A stretch of DNA of 64,000 nucleotides from Torpedo marmorata (taxonomy: Eukaryota): NCBI GenBank assembly GCA_977017645.1, contig OZ360223.1, forward strand, positions 233,678,001-233,742,000. The letters run 5' to 3'. Both the position numbers and the translations under genes were made by a program. The notes beneath the pieces are model-generated. The model was given only the letters and a program-made list of their open reading frames with translations, had not been told where the DNA came from and made no database searches. Positions 59,624-64,000 of the stretch are shown here, in pieces. Every line of letters begins with the position of its first letter. The first letter of the stretch is position 1.

Positions 59624-61427
59624 TGTAATGGATCTGTGGTAATATTAATATTTAGGTTAATGTTAAACTATATTTCCTATAAATATGTTTTAGTTAATGT
59701 AATGGGTTTGGAACAGGGTTACACACACCTATACAATACATTCAGATGAGGTCATCTTTCGGAGTCGTGATGTTTGCAAGACAGAGTTATGAAGTTCACA
59801 TGGTTTCCAAGAATTGAGACTGATCTCATTGATGATGTAATGTCACATGATTTTGTGGAATATATTGTCAAATCCAGACCTTTTGAGTCAGTTCAGAAGT
59901 CGAGACCCTTGAAAAAGGATAGAGTGGAATTACAGTAACCGGAACAGGTGCTGTTATGTGTTACTCCTAATCAAAGGGGAATACAGAAATAAGTGGATTT
60001 GGAAAGGGAGACCACTTCCCGACTGCTCTTTTGAAAATAAAGGGTGCAGCCTCATCGTGGAAAGAAACTCCATAACTCTTAAGAAAATAAGAGGGAGTTG
60101 AAGATCACCAGTGTGAGAGTTTAAGAAGAAATCTCTTCCTGGAAAACAGCTCAACAAGATTTGAGAGTTTGGAAAGTCTAAGGACTGAATCAGTGTTAAC
60201 AAATACTTCATTACTGCTTTTAAGCAACAATTCAAAAGAACTTGATGCTTCGCATTTGCTTCGTAATCACTTCTGAACTACAATTTAACAGACCTTCAGG
60301 TTCAACAAGACTTTAAAATACTGGACTTTTCACATTGACTTTCCAGAATTGAGTTTTAAACTGTAATGGTTTGAAACCTGACCACACACGCATTTACACA
60401 ATTACATTCGCGCATAGTGGGGTTAAGCTTAGAGTTAAGTAAGTTTAGAGTTAAGAAAGAAATGTTATGTGATTAATAGTTTAATAAAAAGTATTATTTT
60501 GAATTTCCCACTGTCTGGTGCATCTTCCATTGCTGTTCCTGTGTTAGTGCTAGCAAGGGCTTGTTAGTTCATAACATAAATTGGGGGCTCGTGTCCGGAA
60601 TTGAACCAAAAATCTGAACTTCATGAGAGTTAATTTGATCGATTAATATTCGATTTGTTTGGTTAAAAATCTTTTTGAAAGCCAATTAAAAGGCTTATAG
60701 TGTGTGTGGATAAACAGCAGCAATGGATATTAAAACATTTTTGGGTTCACCAAACTTTGCAGATTTGCAGAAGGCAAAAAAGGAGGAGTTGTTGCTTATC
60801 GCAAAAGAGTTGAAACTTACGGAGATAAAAGCGTGGATGAGGAAAATTGAGATCCAAAGGATTATGACTGACTACTATGTGAAAGAAGATATTTTTGAAG
60901 AGGTGTTAAAACAACTTTCTGAGAGTAAATCTCTTGAGCAGCAGTTAAAGCTGAGAAAGATGGAGTTAGAAAAAATTAGAATTGAGTGTGAGAGAGAGAA
61001 AGACAATAGACAGCATGAGCTAGAGATAGAAAAACTTAAATTAGAGGGAGAGAGAGAACAGAGGCAGTTTGAGCTAGAATTAGGGAAGCTTAGACAAAGG
61101 AGACAAGAGATACAAAGGGAGGTTGAGAGAAAAAGGGAAGATTGGAAAAATTCTGTTACGTTTCCAGATGGTTATGTTTTAAATCCAGATTTTAAATTAA
61201 AGCCAAGTGAAACTCTTCAAAAGGGACAAAATTCTGTTACATTTGCAGATAAGAATCACAATGTGAAATTTGTGCCCAACAAATCTATTCAAGAAGGTGA
61301 TTTGAAATACCCAACTAAGTTTGGAACTAAATGAGGAATTATTGCCAGCGAAAGTGCTGTGCAACCTGATTTAACAGCTGTGTCTAAAAGCTTTGCCAGT
61401 GGAAAAACTGGACAGATTGATTTAAAG

Positions 61428-63338
61428 CAGTGGTTCCCAAACTTTTTCGGGCTGCTGCCCCCTTGGCTCCCAGGCCACATCCCTAGTGCACCACCTCCCA
61501 CCACCACCCCCCCCCCACACACACCCCCCCCACACACACACACATACAATGAACACACACCTCTTTCTTGGTATTAGGTCTACTGCAAATTTAAAACAAC
61601 AACTATTGTGTCTCGCCCTTGTAACTTGTAGATAGATACACATCACCTTTTTAATTGGTGTGCCGTGCCTGCTTGTCGCAATACGGGTGGTAGGTACTGA
61701 TTGTATGAACCCACGAATTAACATCGGTATTGTTTCACAAACTTGTATCAGAACATTACTGGTTTGCAGCAGGTGTATGTGTGTCTCCTGTTATGTATTG
61801 GTGTTGTGTGTAAATAAAGTTCACCGCTTTGTACTGCCACGTAGCGAGGATTGTCACTATTTGAACCCTTCGAATTTGTTTTCCCAACACAGATTGGAGC
61901 TACGAGAATGGTTCAAGGAAAAACAACCGGGCAATTGGGTGGGAGCGATGTTCTGGCAAAAGGCTAAAATGAAGGGCCCCACTTATGCAGGGGACAGAGT
62001 ATCGTGGTCGATCAAAGATACTGCTGGGTTCGGCAGTCTGGCCAGCGTGCTGGAGGAACATCGCAAGCCGATGGAATGGTCAGATAGCGTGGACTTGTAA
62101 AGGGAGGACATTGGCCACCATCTTGTGTCCCTCCTCAAATAATCGGAGTTCACGGGATGTAAGGGGAGCCATAGAGGGATCTTTTGGCTGCTGACAGTCT
62201 TCCTGCGGTACCGACACAAAGCCTTGAGACGAAAGGAACACGAGATCACCCAGTTAAAATTTGAGGTGTAAACGCTGCTGCAAGAGTTGCTCCCCGATGG
62301 GGAAACCTGGGCCAGAAAGAATAAAGGCACGCAGCTAGCGTGCAGGCTGGTCAATGTATGGTAGTTTGAGCTGTGGCCACATGGCTGCTCCAGATCTGGG
62401 ACGCGGTTGGTACCAACATGAGCTTACCCCATCGGAAGCAGGTATCTGGGTGGGTTATCCAGTCAGGAAGCCATGAACAACGGCCTGCGGATGCCGTCTG
62501 AGGCCATGGAGGGTAACACATCCTTATGGATCCGGGAAGAAGCTGCTGTCCGGGTGACGGGCCGTTCCTTGCTGCAGTGGGATTTACAGTCGCGGGCAAA
62601 GCCAGAGTGGCATACGGTAGAGGATGTGATTAGGGCCCTTAGTGACTGGGCTCTAGTTACTGGACTATATGTGGGCGCCCACGGCCGTGAGACCCCTGAG
62701 GGCTCCGGATTACCACTGCAGTGGCGGGACACCTGGTTACCACCATCCTTCCCTATCTGAAGGGGATTGTGCTTTCTTTAATCTGTCCAGCGGTTGGTAA
62801 GATAGCGAGGGAGACTGCTGGAAGGGCTGGAGTACTTGGAGAGGGCCGTGCGTGTTCGGGCCCGGAATGTAGAAAAGAATGTAAGGCTAACTAAGGACTG
62901 GATCAACGCGATATTCGCCTTCGCCCTGTATGCAATCTGGAAGGAGCATTGTGCAGGGAAGTTGAGCGATGGAATGGGATCCGTCCACAAAGGGCACAGG
63001 TTGGGCCATCCCCCATCGGCACCTCCTCCAGGCCACGCCGAGGCCCTGCATGCATTCATCGATGCCCTGCAGGAAGCAGTGGTGGAGCTGCAGTGTCAGA
63101 AGGGGTGGACCAGTGTATGGCGACGGTCCACTCCGCTGCAGTAGGATTGTGGCCAGATCTCCCGGCAGTTCACCCGTCATTTTCCGGCCGGGAATTTCGA
63201 GGCCCAATATCCCAGACCACGTAACCAAGATACAAACAAACGTTCGGACCGCCCCCTTTTTCCTCAACGCCCCCTGACTACCTCCTTTTTCCTCACCGCC
63301 CCCATGGATCTTTCCACCGCCCACTTTGGGAATCACTA
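61428..63338. mobile_element. 1.9-kb hAT (Charlie-type) element inserted in the Gypsy gag and carrying non-transposase cargo
   Basis: TIRs CAGTGGTTCCCAAA / TTTGGGAATCACTA, TSD ATTTAAAG/ATTTAAAA (61420-61427, 63339-63346) and CGCCCCC subterminal repeats. Confidence 0.85.
61900..63100 (+). pseudogene. gag: Class III (ERV-L/Fv1-like) retroviral gag remnant
   Basis: Collinear motifs across frameshifts: LASVLEEHRKPMEW, IFWLL...coiled coil, VATWLLQIWD, YLGGLS, SLWIREEAAVR, WHTVEDVIRAL. Confidence 0.65.
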
Positions 63339-64000
63339 ATTTAAAACAACCGGCACAGAAACAGGCAGGCTGTCAGATAAAACAAACAGGCTATGATGAC
63401 TCACCAGTCACTTTGAACGTTTCTTTGTTAGATCAGAAATCTGATTTTAAACCTGAAAGTAATGACTTGTTGTGGTATCGAGAAGAGTTTATACAGAAGC
63501 CAGAAAAGGAAAAACTTTCTGGTCAATTTTGTAATTATTGTAAGAAACCTGGTCATGTGGTAGCAAATTGCTTTTTCTTGAAGAGGAAAAGGGAACAGGA
63601 AACCATACCAGAGGCTTGTATTCAAAGAGGTGAAACACAGGGAAGTAAAAAAGGGTTTGCTGGTAAAATTAGGAAGGAATTTAAATATTTTGTTTCAGAG
63701 GGTAAAGTTTCACTAGAGGAAGGATCACCACAGGTGACAATACAAATACTCAGAGATACTGGGGCAGCTCAGTCACTTGTGTTGGCCAGTGTTTTGGAGT
63801 TTAGTGATAAGACTGCCACAGGTGAAATAAATTTGATTAAAGGTTATGGAAGTGATTCGGAGGCGATACCTTTGCACAAAATAATGTTGAAATCTGAATT
63901 AGTTAATGGACCTGTTAAAATAGGGATCAGATCAAGTTTACCAGTGGATGGTATTTCATTGTTATTAGGGAATGATTTGGCAGAGGGTAAAGTTGTCCCT

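Larger units (their letters stand above)
59624..64000 (+). mobile_element. Gypsy (Gmr1-like) LTR element, 5' part: LTR 59624-60576, tRNA-Pro PBS, gag, zinc knuckle, protease
   Basis: TGT...ACA LTR with AATAAA near 60483. TGGGGGCTCG(TG)TCCGG at 60582. gag ORF 60723-61334. CNYCKKPGHVVANC at 63530-63571. ILRDTGA at 63755 and LLLGNDLA. Confidence 0.85.

Noticed and set aside
61800-61860. AATAAA followed by TGCCACGTAGCGAGGAT as a possible LTR end and PBS for the ERV gag
   Set aside because: The match to any tRNA 3' end I know is poor and no second LTR is visible.
1-64000. CRISPR arrays, rRNA, intact tRNA genes or prokaryotic systems
   Set aside because: None seen. The B-box motifs belong to SINE heads and the context is a eukaryotic intron/intergenic region.

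Overview
This is a repeat-saturated vertebrate genomic window. The TE families (HE1-type V-SINEs, CR1/L3, Rex1/Babar, Neptune-type Penelope, Tx1/L1) point to a cartilaginous fish, which is an inference. The only host gene I can support is the 3' end of a BET-family gene, most likely BRDT, on the minus strand. It has four phase-compatible exons (57568-57656, 56919-57139, 38412-38565, 35483-35566) and ends in the P-TEFb-binding C-terminal motif. Most of the rest is transposons, often deeply nested with readable target-site duplications: a complete 4.5-kb Gypsy provirus with a tRNA-Trp PBS, a Chapaev3 DNA transposon, an L1>L1>L1>CR1 stack, and a hAT>Gypsy>hAT stack. The most unusual items are: (1) a 1.9-kb hAT element whose interior is a class III (ERV-L/Fv1-like) retroviral gag remnant; (2) an L1 with a textbook twin-priming 5' inversion; (3) palindromic Penelope-derived elements carrying paired minimal hammerhead-ribozyme motifs; (4) a CpG-rich NRF1/CRE/NF-Y promoter in the BRDT intron just upstream of the exons encoding the P-TEFb-interacting domain. 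Family assignments come from remembered motifs, not database searches. Boundaries without a TSD are approximate.
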